DNA of 63,940 nt, filler included, from Catajapyx aquilonaris (Eukaryota): NCBI GenBank assembly GCA_000934665.2. It is 3 parts of 3 records of this genome, joined end to end, with 100 filler letters (N's around TTAATTAATTAA, not from the genome) between each part and the next. Parts side by side here need not be neighbours in the genome. Positions count along the whole stretch, not along the records: positions 34,542 to 63,940 come from JYFJ02007013.1; 2 more parts are not named here. One strand, given 5' to 3'. The translations under genes were made by a program, and so were the position numbers. Under the pieces are notes generated by a model that saw only the letters and a list, made by a program, of their open reading frames with translations, was not told the origin of the DNA and ran no database searches. Shown here piece by piece: positions 37,991-50,210 of this stretch (positions are counted from its first letter, which is position 1; each line of letters opens with the position of its first letter).

Positions 37991-38723
37991 ACGTTGCGCA
38001 GACCCCGTACATATTCGACAAAATCATGAGTTTTTTATTTAAAGGCTCACGTATCGTCTGCAAATGTTCAGAAGGTAATGCTCTAGGTGGGGAGGGGTGG
38101 CATATGGGCGTATAAAACATCTGTGCCCCCTGCCCACCATTTCCTTACACACTTTACACTACCTTTCACCACAAACATGCTTTCCCTTCTTACCTCGCTT
38201 TCTCATGTCAATCAGAGACGAACATTTCTTACGCACTAAGAGAGTCTCGCACAAAGAAAGGGAAGAAGCATTGCGTACCAATTGGGGCTCGAAGCATTCA
38301 GTCCCATAAAAATCTCTGGAACAGTATTTACAATGAATATTCCTCGAGTCACCTCTACAGTTAGAAGCATATTGACAAGCACCGCATAAGCTGTTACAGA
38401 AGTGATATCCCTCTACTCCCTTAATGCAAATCGTTCATAAATAGCCCCCTTTCCAGGACCATTTTCTGATTATTCGCGTTTCCCAATTATCTGGCAACAC
38501 CTGTGCAGTCATTAGCTTGGATAATAATCGGAAGTACTGTGTACCTATGTGTACAAACGGTAGGGTCGCCCTGTATTGTTGCACAAACATTGGGTAGGCT
38601 CAGTTCGCCATACAGTTCGCCACCCATAGCTGCCTGCTGGCACAGTCACCCTTGCCAGGTTTGGCCATTATGGGGTTGGGGAATGACTAAGAGAGGTGCG
38701 TTCTTTCAATGCTATTGTACATT

Positions 38724-38965
38724 GAGGGGGTTAAAATCAAAAACTGCCAGCTCCGTCATAAACGTAACGGAGAAAAATGAGAAAAACCTACACTTTCGCC
38801 GTATATGTCAACGTAGATACCTGAATGTAACGGCTATACCCATATACATATGTAGGGTTTTTTATACCATATTCAGGTATTATGTATTCCATGACACGAG
38901 GAATGCATTTCCGGCGCTACTCATTTTTTTTTCTGGAGCTGGCGGTTTTTGATTTTAATCCCCTC
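38724..38965. mobile_element. MITE
   Basis: ~31-bp TIRs gagggggttaaaatcaaaaactgccagctcc / ggagctggcggtttttgattttaatcccctc (2 mismatches), flanked by ATT on both sides. Confidence 0.8.
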
Positions 38966-40199
38966 ATTTACTCCACAACCTTCAATTTTGCATTATACAG
39001 GGTGTTTCCTGTAACTCTGTAGAGACTTTCAGGGGTCATTTATCTTCCGTTGTTGTGGCGAGGTAAGGATAATCCACACCCGCATAATCGTGAGTACAGT
39101 ATATACGCTATTATATGCTATTATCTATACCAGAACTACTCATCCAGGAAAATACCACCACCATGTCAGCTGCAACAGGTAACTTAAGAAGCCATTATAT
39201 CGTAAACGCCAGTATGTCAACCACAACAGACTTCACTTTTTGAATCAAGCATATGGATGGTTTCCCTACGTCAAGTTTCATAAGCTTCTCAACTTACAGC
39301 AAGTACTGTGCCCTTGTGAGAGCAGGTGCTCACCTTCCCTAACACCCCATGTACTGTATATCATACGCAGACAGACTCTTCACAAAGCCGTTTATATGGC
39401 GAAAGTCAATGAGATACTCACCCCTGGGGCCAGCAGAAGGGGAAGCTGGTGGTATGCTGGTGGCTCCGGCATCCTAAAAACACAATTAAAATTCCATTAG
39501 GATGAATAAAACCCACTGGGATTATTTGGAGGCCCCTGCCCTGGGATAAATTGTGCAGATGAAAACACTCCTAACCATACAGAGCCATCAATAATAAGTA
39601 ATGGGAAGATATTATAATGTGGTTCAAGACTCCTCTGGCTTTTAAGAAGAAAAACAAGCCTTTAACAACATAAAATAATCCAGGAAAATGTGCCTTACGC
39701 ATCTGGGGTGGGCGACATATGCCCAGTATTGGCTGGATTCAGTTGGGTTGATACCAACGAAATTGGGCCATTTTTGGAAATAGCACCATCTAAAGACTAT
39801 TTAATGTTACTGTTTTTTCATGAAACAATGCATAGCTTTGAAACTAGATATGCACACACGCAGGGATGTATTGTACGAGCCAATTAAGATGCAATAACTG
39901 TCAATCATCCTGTGTATTGTCAAGTAGCCACTCACCTGCTGCGGCAGCCCCCTCCTCCCACTTAGTGGGAAGGAGCTTCTTCTGAACAAGCTGAACCTTG
40001 ATCTGGGATCCTAAAACCACATGTATAAAATGTCGTTAGGATGAATTAAAACCAGTGAAAAACATGTCACTTCTACTCTGCCCTCTTGGCAGCAGCTAAT
40101 TGTCTAGGTAATCACCTGTGCGGACCGCCGCAACTGGTCCGGCGACAACTCGTCCGGCGAATCATCCTAAGGTGGAAAGAAATATTACCATTAATGAGT

Positions 40200-40560
40200 G
40201 AAACATAGTTCACAGCACCCGCACAGTGTCCGCATCTGGGCGCAGCCTTGCAGCCTTTGGCCACCGCCGACCAGGCGGTGTGCCCGTAGGCGCAGCACCT
40301 GAAACACCGGTCTGGGATTTCTTACACCCGACAGGAAACAAAGTCCACGACTAGTCTCCCTGCCGCCATGACCGCCTGGCACAGCCCCGGTGACAACGTG
40401 AGGCGCCAATTGTCCCTCGTCCCCTTGTGCCACGCTTTGCGCGTCCCCACCCGAAGGTGGTCCGTCAGCGGAGTAAAGGGGGCAAAGAGGTCCCCGTTGC
40501 CTTCCGCAAGGGCGGCAACGAGCACATCTGGCGTCAGCCCCGTTCTGACCCCCACCAGGT
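40200..40560 (-). mobile_element. Non-LTR retrotransposon (R1-like) ORF1/gag fragment
   Basis: ...AVMAAGRLVVDFVSCRV*EIPDRCFRCCAYGHTA...CKAAPRCGHCAG: pre-knuckle region plus degenerate zinc knuckles. Confidence 0.65.
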
Positions 40561-41069
40561 ATGCCGTGGTACGGCCACCCTGGTGTGGAGAGTGGATCGT
40601 TACGCCAATCCGTCCCTCATCTCCACCTCCGGTTCCGTATGGGCCACACCTCCCGAGTATAGGAGGGCCATCACTAGTGCCAACAAGTTGCTTCCATCCA
40701 TTTTTGTTCCTCTGGCTGACTTGCTGGAATGATTCAAGCGGGTTCCCGTTACCTATGGTATTTTCTTGTGGGCTAGGTACCCAAATATGGCCCAGCCCTA
40801 CATTCTATTTCCCTTGATGAGATCTGGAGATTATCCACCTATCCGCCACAGAACTCATAGTGAAGGGCATAAATGTCCACATCATCAAGTGGCACATACA
40901 TCACATAATTTTAATCCCAGGGCATTCCTCAATCATTAGGGTAGCATGTTCGCTCAGCAAACCACCGGATCTTGGCTTTGACCGCAGTGTGCTTATCCCC
41001 GGTGTCCTGCACCTTGGTCCTTCTTTCGATGCTAATGATTTTTTGAGGAGTTACACACCCACGGGAGGC

Positions 41070-43581
41070 GTTCCCAGTGTCGATCTTGTGTTGAACGACC
41101 TTGGTATGCCCCATGTTGGAACCCGTCTTGATAATGGTTTAGCAGGTTGAAAAGTAAATCCTTCTCTTCCCTTTCTAGTGGTCCGGTCCTAAGCTCCTTC
41201 CAATCTGCCCCTGCATTTTGTCCCGTTGTTCCCACATTTTTAACTACGATGGTTGTGCTGGCCCGGCCCACAATTATTGTACCCTTTGGCACTCTAAGCT
41301 CCGCGCTCCCCGTATTCATAGCTCTGATGGAAACCCTGCCTCCTTCTTTTACTTGCACTAGTGTACTGGCCACGGCGAGGCCCATTAGTTTCGTTCCTAC
41401 AGCTTCTATTAATAATTCGGTGCCCGTTGGTACATACTGGTTCAGCTTTCCTTGTGCCAGCATTTCCGATCTTGCTGGTATGGCCCTAACATCTGTCCAT
41501 TGTAGCGCAATTGTACCCACGGTGTTGTTGGGCGGAGGTTCGTCCTCGTATTTCAGCGGTATATCTGCGTTATCTACTCTCATGACATCTAGCATCAGCA
41601 ATATGTCTGCCCTTAGGCGCCCTAGTAAATCTTGCCCGATTACCCCACCCGCATGCGCATTCAGCCCCTGATCGCACACCCAGAACATGAGATATCTTCA
41701 CAGGCCCAATGTGCAGAGTAAACTTGCCCTTCCCTTGAATTTCCAACGGGTCGCCAGTTATTCCTACCGATTTGCTTTGTACACTCTCAACAGTTCCATC
41801 TCTCAGGTGTACCCACTTGGACTTTATGAGGCAAGCACGCGCCCCTGTATCTACAAGAAAAGTTCCTACTTCCCCTTGAATGCTCACGCGAATGTAGGGG
41901 GATAAGATTGTGTGGGTTGCTTAACTGTACCACCCGGTTGCCTACCCACGAAAGGCTTGCGGGTTCTGCCCGTTTCTCGATTGCGTGGGATGTGACTGCT
42001 GATTATTTTTATCACAATCTCTTGCTTGATGCTGGAGACTGTTACAAATTAAGCATCTCCATGGTTGCTTACAAAGTCTAGCCCAGTGTCCAGCTCGTCC
42101 ACAATTCCTACAGGAGATGCTGGCAAATTATCCGGCTACATTATGCTGACCATTACCTGAGCTATTGTTGCCTTTACCAAAATAGACGTTATGGCCACCT
42201 TGCTGCTGCAATGGGGGTTTTGCTTGGCCTTGCATGGCAGGTGGCACAGCTACTGCTGTTGCAGCCTGATTTGGAGCACCTATCATACCCACTATCTGCC
42301 ACAGTAGCTTCTCGATCCTTTCGCTACCGACTGTCGCCTCCTCGGGGGCGTTCTCTACGCTTCTGATCCCTCTTAGTTTCCCCCCGAATATTACCTCATT
42401 TGCCTCCTGTAATGCTTCCTTTTCTATGGCTTCATCAAGCGTAGCAATTTCATTCCAGTTTAGTAGGCTTTTTATCAGGTGACCTAAGACCCCGGATAAA
42501 TTGTGCAAGCAACTGAGCTTTCAACATTACCGACTCCTGTGCCCCGGTTGCCTGTTCCCCTGCCTTTCATTGCATCTGAGCCGCAATTAGTAACCTGCTA
42601 CCTAGGTCGCGTATCCTAGTTACGAAGGTTTTAACTCCTTCCCCCTCTTCTTGGCTCATTTCAGGCAATCGTTGTGTCAATATCGTCATATTCTCTCTCT
42701 TTCCAAATAGGTTTGTTAGCCCTTGAAGGCGAGGACGGCTGCTGTAACACGCCTTGCTTTCCCTTGCTGAAGTTGACTCTTTTTCCTCCTACGCCTTTTG
42801 CTGCGGCTCCCATGAATCGTTCAGCTGGGTTGCTAGTCTTATGCCGAACCAGAATCGGAGAGAGAAGAGATGCGAATGACGGCCCGTCTCCAATTTCAGC
42901 TAGCATTCCTACCTTTTAAATAGTACCAACTTGACTATCGCTTGCGTCATCTTTCCGGAGGCAATCGTCTGGAGTCTCTGGACAATTCACATCCACTCAT
43001 TGGATGGGCTTGGGCGTCACAGACAATGCCGGAAGATGGCGGCCTAAGATGGAATGAGGGTATCGGAGTGACACTCCAAGGCAACAACCTCTTCGCTTCT
43101 ATCACCACGTTTCTAGATTCCACAATTTGTACATACCTGACAGACTTTCAATATGAGGGGAAGGGGCTGCAAAACACTGCCCCCTTTCCAGATCTTTCAC
43201 TTACAGATGCTTGTTTTGAATGAAATCTACCGTTTTATCACCAGTGCCAGGGTTGGAATTGTCTGCTACTAGCTTGTGATTCTTCACTAGTCTCTCCAAG
43301 CAGTGGGCCGATTCATTTTCCCTGCAGTAAAGTCCCGATGAAGGCAAGTCTTCTGAAACAGTCCATTGTCACCAATGGTTCGAGCGTCGACCAGGATGAA
43401 CTGGTACTCGCCATCAGGTAATGGCCATCAAGACTGTGATGTATATAGGTGCTCCTCTGCAGGGGTCCTGGTAGGGTCAAAGGATGGGGGAAGGGCACCG
43501 GTGGGGGACTAGGGAGCGTAGGGAGGACAGGAAGGGCCTGATAAGGAGGGGGACGATGATAAAAGAGGTTGTTGACCGACA
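41070..43581 (-). mobile_element. Degenerate Gypsy LTR retrotransposon, 5' half (possible LTR and PBS, gag, protease, start of RT region)
   Basis: Two CCHC knuckles at ~42015-42115 (CRNCGRAGHWARLC, CLICNSLQHQARDC), protease FLVDTGA at ~41850, and GHTKVVQHKIDTG at ~41090. Possible PBS tggtgacaatgga at 43362-43374 next to a ~205-bp LTR-like stretch (43376-43581), which is less certain. Confidence 0.8.
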
Positions 43582-44484
43582 TAATTATATGCCCTCCCTC
43601 CCCAAAGAGAGAAGGAGGGGAGCGAGGAAAGTACAGTTGCCTCCTCCTCTGCCCTCAGCGCTTCCAGCCTCAGCGCTTGCAATCTCAGCGCTTCCTTCTC
43701 CTCTGCCCTCACCACTTTATCTTCCTCTGCCCTTCGCGCTCTCCTGCTCCGCGCTCTCCTCCTCCGCGCTTCTGCCCTCAGCGCTTCCTCCGTTACTGCC
43801 CTCAGCGATAAATTCATGGTCGTCATTCAGAGCGTAGCTATATCGAATGATATATCCCAGGCGAGGATTTTCATTGAATAGATTTCGAACTTCGCTTCCA
43901 TCCAGCTGATCTGAAACGAAATAATTTTGATGAATGTACTTTGATTGGTTTATAAGCTCATTCACATCTTCATATCATAGAAAAGACCTATTACCGATGA
44001 CTGTATCATGATCATGATAAGCACCATGATGATCATTATCTGCTGACGATGGAAAGTTCTTTGACCATAGATGACCTATAATTATAACAATAAAAATAAT
44101 GACAATAAAAATAAAACATTATATACAGTACCTGTAGTAACAGCCACAGCAACAGCCACAACAGTACCTGTAGTAACATGCGCACTTTCTTGAGATGGAA
44201 CAGAGTGCCTTGTAATGACCCACCAGGTAAATGGCAAACCAGAACACTATTTGCAGCTGATTGTACTCAGTGTGACGTTTTATATGCTCCAGATGCACAT
44301 GCGCATGACCTACTAACCTAAATAACAAACTCAATAATTCTTTCCTCCTTGATTATGCCTCTGGTCATGAATGTACCAAATTGAAGCTCACATATAGCCA
44401 TCAGACATCCAGGAGTGCTCGCTTGGGATGTAAGTTGCCCAAATCTCTATGGGCTTATAACAATAATCTGACATGCGTGGAAAG

Positions 44485-44670
44485 CATGAGCATGGTATAT
44501 ATCATCACGATTATTTTACCCTGAGTGTTGGTGGCAATGAAATCAGTTGGGATGACACGGGGTTGCTCACTTACCTCAATTTCTCTTCTTATTATTGTAT
44601 TTCCTCTTCTAATGATTTCATTCCATCTTCTAATGATTTCATTCCATCTTTTAATGATTGAAATTCCTGA
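44485..44670 (-). repeat. 21-bp-period repeat (IIRRWNE-type heptads) ending at a GTAAGT donor; diverged second copy at ~54970-55190
   Basis: ttccatcttctaatgatttca units. The flank ggggttgctcacttacctcaattt is shared by both loci. Confidence 0.75.
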
Positions 44671-45066
44671 TGGAGACATGACGGCCCAAGCTGGTGCATC
44701 CAACGGAGGTTGCCTCTGAGAGCGCACCTCCGACGGGCGGCCCTTCACCATCAGATCTCCCCCCCTCTTTGTCGTCCCACGTAAGTGGACCGCGTCCATT
44801 TTTTTTAAACCACTTATTCACTTTGGGGCTTCGCCAAGGAAGCCCCTGCACTCCAAACACCCTCGATGTGTCCTCGTCGTCCCCGCCGCTCTCCTCGCTT
44901 TCCTCGCCGACCATAATTCCGCCAGAAGGGCAGAATCTTCTGCACGCAGCAAGTGAGTATGAGTAACTAACTAACTCATCACCAAACTGCACCCCTACGC
45001 CTTAGACAATGGCCTCCCTTACACATCCACCGCTAGTCAGTTAGATTCTGGCAGAAATTAGTGAAG

Positions 45067-45952
45067 TTAATAAAGGGCCTTCTTACCACGTGAGGCCTTG
45101 AGCCGGTTGATGAACTTCAGCTTGGTCCTCCGGATAGCCTTAGTGTCCTTGAACGGGAAGTCTCCATGTACCATGTAATGCAGCAGGATTCCTAGTGAAA
45201 ACACTGTAGCTTCGGCCTCGCTGTATGTCCTCCCACCGAATGACTCCGGGGGGGCACATCCAATCGCCCCCCAAAAAACCATAATATTTGGCCCCTTCGC
45301 GGTACTCTTTGGCCAACCCGAAGTCGATGAGGGTCAACTTCTTGGTTTCCGAGTTGACCAGCACGTTGTCAGTCTTCACGTCAAAGGGGATCACTCGAAT
45401 ACGCTCCAGGTTGATGCAAATGTTCACAATCTGCTTGAAAAAAACCTTCGACACAGCTTCTTGTAGTCCCTCGCCGTCGTTGAGCACTAGGTCCATGTAG
45501 GCATTGAGGGAGATGGCTCCCTCGGGCCTCTCCATCACCAGGACCACCTCGTCCCCGACCTGGTACACGTTGTACAGTTTCACAACGCCCTCCACGTTGG
45601 CCACTTTGCGCATCATGGCCGCCTCTGCTGGTATGCGGTCCCCATTTCCTACAACCACCATCGGGACGTCCTCCACACTGATGTACTTGCAGGCTACCTG
45701 TCGGTTGTCCCTCTGCCTCACGCCCGCAAATACCCTCCCGTGGGGCCCTTCCCCCAAATCAGCCCCGAGCGCGAACATCTGGGCGAAAGATGCCACGGTC
45801 TGCTGGTATTGGTGCACCACAGCCACGTTCGGGGCGGGGGCGTGAACTCTGTCGATTCTATTCTTGAAGACTCCGTTCTGGTGTTCGTACAAGTTCCTCA
45901 ACCTCTCGCCCATCTTCTTCGGCCTCCCTGGAACCCGACACCCGGGCATCAT
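45067..45952 (-). pseudogene. Intronless PIM-like Ser/Thr kinase with one frameshift
   Basis: LGEGPHGRVFAG, VACKYI, IPAEAAMM, hinge LVMERPE (PIM-type), PFDVKTDN (HRD altered) and LIDFG. One extra base in the T6G6 run at 45267-45278, then CAPPE, ATVFSLGILLHYMVHGDFPF. Confidence 0.85.
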
Positions 45953-47879
45953 GACGGCCGCCACCAGAAGGAGTTTGGGTGCGAGTAGTATCCCCAGGAA
46001 ACATTGCCTGGACTCGGGTCCAGAACCCGCCAACCCGAAAACATAAATAAAATATATATTAATAATATCAAAGTTACTTGTAATAGCTATAATTGCTATT
46101 ATCATTACCAACAATTTATCAATGATAGCATGAGTGTATTATTAGAGTAAGTGATGATAAGTGACTTTAATTTACATAGAGGCTTGAGTAAAAACAGCAT
46201 ATTTGTAGAATATATACATATGTAGAGTGGTTATGTGGTGTCAACATAATCGGCGGTATCTTTGTAGCTATTCCCTCTATGGAAAAAATGATAGGGACCC
46301 GAATATGTGTAAATTCGTTCAACCTTTCATTTAGTATCTTCTCTTATTATAAAGCACCCTGAATCCAACATGGCGTCTGTTGCGAGAATTTTCTCTTTTT
46401 GAGACTTTTTCGGGTCCGGATTGTGGGTGGAACCGGGTGGGATCGAGTCACAAGTCGTCAATTTCGAATAAATGGAGTTGCAGAGGGACTGATAGGGGAA
46501 CGAGCCATGGCCCCAGTCGACATGGAGATGATGATGGAGACAATCTTGTCCGTGAAGCATCTCCTGGAACTGATCCATCCTCGACTGGACGTACTGGAGG
46601 ATGGTGTGGGCTCCCTGAAGGAATGTGCCTGGTGTGGCGGGTGCAGAGTGAGTGAAGAGGGAGGGGGTGAGTTGAAGGGGACCTGCATTTTTAAAAGGGG
46701 GACTTTGACATGATGTAAGACAAGTGGTTGCATTCCAATCGGGGCTGCCAACCGTTTCTAATGGAAATATTCCATAATGAGCTACAGGTACGCCATAGGG
46801 TAACCTCTGGCTATAGTAAAAAAGTTGGACCCTCATATTGCGTTCTGAACATACCTTCCCTTCTCATACTGACGTGCCCAATGACTAGAGGCAGCAGAAA
46901 TTGCCACAATTACTTCATTCCTATACATCAAGCCGGTGCATCCATCGGAGGTTGCCTCTCAGAGCACACCTCCGACGGAGGGCGCTTCACCATCAGGTCT
47001 CCCCTCCTCTTTGTCGTCCCACATAAGTGGGCCGCATCTAATTGTTTAAACCACTTATTAACTTTGGGGCTTCGCCAAGGAAGCGCCTTCACCCCAAACA
47101 CCCTTATAGTTGTCCTCGTCCCCGCCGCTCTCCTCGCTCTCCTCGCTACTTATATAGCCTTTCTTCAGGACTTTCAATATCATCTCCTTTTTGCCCGTGT
47201 ACTGGGATTTCTTATATGCGTTTAATCGCCGGGTGAGCTTCTGAAAGTTTTCTTTATAAATATCCCTCTGTGAACTAACCGACTTATTAATTAATCACAT
47301 GTAAGTGTGTCGTGCCTGATGATCAGTAATATAATTTTTCTCATGCTGTCTATATACAGGTTGTATTGTATAATACAGAATATGATGCCAATAATAAATG
47401 AATCAGAAAAAGAGGAGTCAGACTTGCATACACAATTTACGAAATAAGCCATGTACTCTTTACATCATGAAGTTTTGCAAATATACCAATAGTAATTACT
47501 CACCACTACTGATCAACAAATGAAACTAAACATATTCTACACAAATAAATCTGAAGTCCAGAAAAGTTTATTACAATAGCAATTGTAAACTTTTCTGGAT
47601 TAATAACTAGAAATGAAGGACAATATTTGTGTGGAATATTTTGATTGAGTTTTCAAGTCTGTTAAGCAACAGGTTATGCTATTATTACGTGTAGTTTTCC
47701 TTTAAAGGTCGTTTCTAAACTCACACCCTGTTTTTTCGTGGTCATTTTCACCTGCCTCGCTCTTCTCCATCCAACCACTATTATATCCCCCCTTTGGCCC
47801 TTCCCCACTTCTTCTCCCTTGTCGCCCCTTTACAATGCCATTCATATTAAGCTAAGATGTGGGACACTGTGCAGGGCAT

Positions 47880-48640
47880 CCCGTAAGTCAAGAACTGGAC
47901 ATGCTGTTGCAAGGTATCTCCGCATTTTTGTGCTGGTGAATGTTGACAAGTCCTCAACATCAGCCCTTGCAGCCACCCTCCTCATACAGGCTGGACCACT
48001 TAGATTTTGAAGGGAACCTTTGTGGCAGCAGGAAAAGACAAACTTGTTGGTTGTGGGAATGCCTACAGCAGCCCTGGTCTCCAGGAGCAACTTAATAGCT
48101 GCGGGGACTTCTGGCGTCAGAAGGACTGGCAGCTGGCACAGTTCTTCCACGTTTCCCTCTAATGTTCACAAGCTTCATTTTCTCACAGAATCTCTTTTCT
48201 AAATCCGTGAGTGTGGAGCGGAACAAATTTTCATATCCTTTGTGCCATTCAGGGCACACCAGAACATCCATTTTCATAGGGCCGCTTCACCACCTCGGCG
48301 CTTGTTAAACACAATCATTCGTGTCAATGTCACTTCTGCCAATTCTTTGTATGTTGCTTTGCTAGGATCATTCTTCAATTTGAACCTTAAATCATCTATT
48401 GCAGCAGCTGGAACTGGTAAATTTTTTCAGATCCTCTTGTGATGGAAGGTGTTCAACTTTATTCTGTTTCCTTTTGTTCATAATGGACAGAGAGCATGCG
48501 GAGATATTCTTGTTGCCCAGTCCAAGTCTAGCAAATGCAAAAAAGGCCCTACATTTCTAAGGAGGTGTGAGTCCTTCTTCCTTAATGCCTTGCCACGCAG
48601 TACACACCTGCACATTTTCTGAGTGTGCGCACATACTTCA
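47880..48640 (-). mobile_element. Degenerate tyrosine-recombinase-like (Crypton-like) fragment
   Basis: ELAEVTLTRMIVFNKRRGGEA, LTDLEK...IRGKRGRTVP/VLLTP, NKFVF and TSTKMRRYLAT across frameshifts. Confidence 0.65.
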
Positions 48641-48984
48641 ATGCACGGGACGGGGGTTATCATATCCTGATCGCCACAATGTGACTAGGACATGCATTTA
48701 ACGGTTTCTATGAAGAAGTCAAATTTTGCCGGCCCGGAAGAGAATTGAAATCGTCCCAGTGGCGCCATGTTCTTTGTAGGCAAGAATTCGAAACTCGGGA
48801 CGTTTTATTACTCAAAAGAAATGAATAGGGCCTACACCCTACAGCAGTGGTTCCCAACCTGTGGGTCGCGAAGCCTTTTCCGGGGGCTCGCGTGGTGGCC
48901 GTGATATAATTTTTACGTCCTATAAATTTATATGAAATTTTACCACGAAGGTTTTTATGTCTTAATATGTCTACAGTACAGTGA

Positions 48985-49600
48985 TTGTTGAGTGCGTCAA
49001 ACATATAATTTACTTTCCCTACCAGCTCAATAGTCCCTAAGCTATAAGGGTGACCAATTCCAAAACTTAGGTGCGTTTCAAGGGAAGTTGCCACGGTGTG
49101 GCTTAACACTTGGGCAGCCCTCTTAACTTTCATTTTACTCAAACTGTCCGTATAAGTGTGCTTTCTTGTTAACTTCGGAGCGGAAGGATACCGCTGCATT
49201 TTGTCCCTCTCATACATTTGTACAATAGGCTCCCAGGTTGCCACCATACCTTGCAATCGAAAATCATACTTCATGAGGTTGTATCGCAGGCTTTTCAGGA
49301 GGTGGGGTACATCATAAATATTTATAATACAGCTTTTCTCCCCTGTGGTTAAAGTAATGGCTGGTCTCTGACACCTTCAGGGACCTAGGCAAAGCACTCA
49401 TGTTGGGACCCTGGTCTGAGACCTGGCCTACAGGTCCCCCCACACTCTTGCAACAATTCGAGGCATTTTCGCAACAACACAAGAAGGACACTGTTTGGGG
49501 CCGAGGCAGGAGCCCAAAAATACCCCAAAGGTTGCTTCCACTGTCTAGCCACTCCCCGTGCCATTACAACTAATACCGATTTAGCCACTTGTGGTTTTTC
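48985..49600 (-). mobile_element. P-element/THAP9-type transposase fragment
   Basis: LVVMARGVARQWKQPLGY, YDVPHLLKSLRYNL, KLTRKH, KMKVKRAAQVLSHTVA and FDALN. Cut off by a hAT end at ~48845-48965. Confidence 0.88.
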
Positions 49601-49934
49601 CAACCATAACCCACCCACGTTATACCATTATACACATTATACCACACCTTATACCTTTATACAAATTATACCACACCTAAAACACGTTACACCACATCCC
49701 ATAACGACATTTGAAAATACATTGAGAAAGTGGAGGTCAAACGTTACAAAGGGGGAAGAAACAAACAAATACAAAACAATTGAAAACTGCATGACACAGA
49801 ACGTAACACAGTTCGGAAAAGGAGCATTCAGACAAAAAGCACATGACACAGTACGTAGAGGAAAAGGTATGGCAGAAAAAGTACGCCAGGAAAATTCCGA
49901 CAGGCTGCCTGAGCAAACAAACCACAACCACATG

Positions 49935-50210
49935 CACGCCTCGAATATCCATCAACGCATCCCTGAATAGGAAAACCATATGGCTTCAACTTGTCATAGC
50001 CGTCCATATGCCAACAGTGGTTGGGGCCCGGAGGGGGCCCGGAGAATTGTAAGTGCGACGATGCAAACGCCGTCGTAATCTTGCCGCTGTTCCACCAGGA
50101 TTTAGTTGCTTTAGCAAAGTTGCAACAACATGTCTTGGGGCGCGAATGATGCACTTTACTCGCAGTGTAGTCCACATGAGTCTATAGCCACTTGATTGAC
50201 CTGTGATTTT
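49935..50210 (-). mobile_element. Integrase-like DDE transposase fragment (IS3EU-like)
   Basis: SSGYRLMW..LR, RRRLHRRTY, GPNHCWHMDGYDKLKPYGFPIQGCVDGYSRR. Confidence 0.72.

Noticed and set aside
43640..43810. Low-complexity ORFs (EALR/SAL repeats)
   Set aside because: A short degenerate tandem repeat open in several frames; no product can be supported.
45267..45278. Possible programmed frameshift in the kinase (T6G6 run)
   Set aside because: A +1 shift would be needed and no stimulatory element is evident; a homopolymer indel or sequencing error is simpler.
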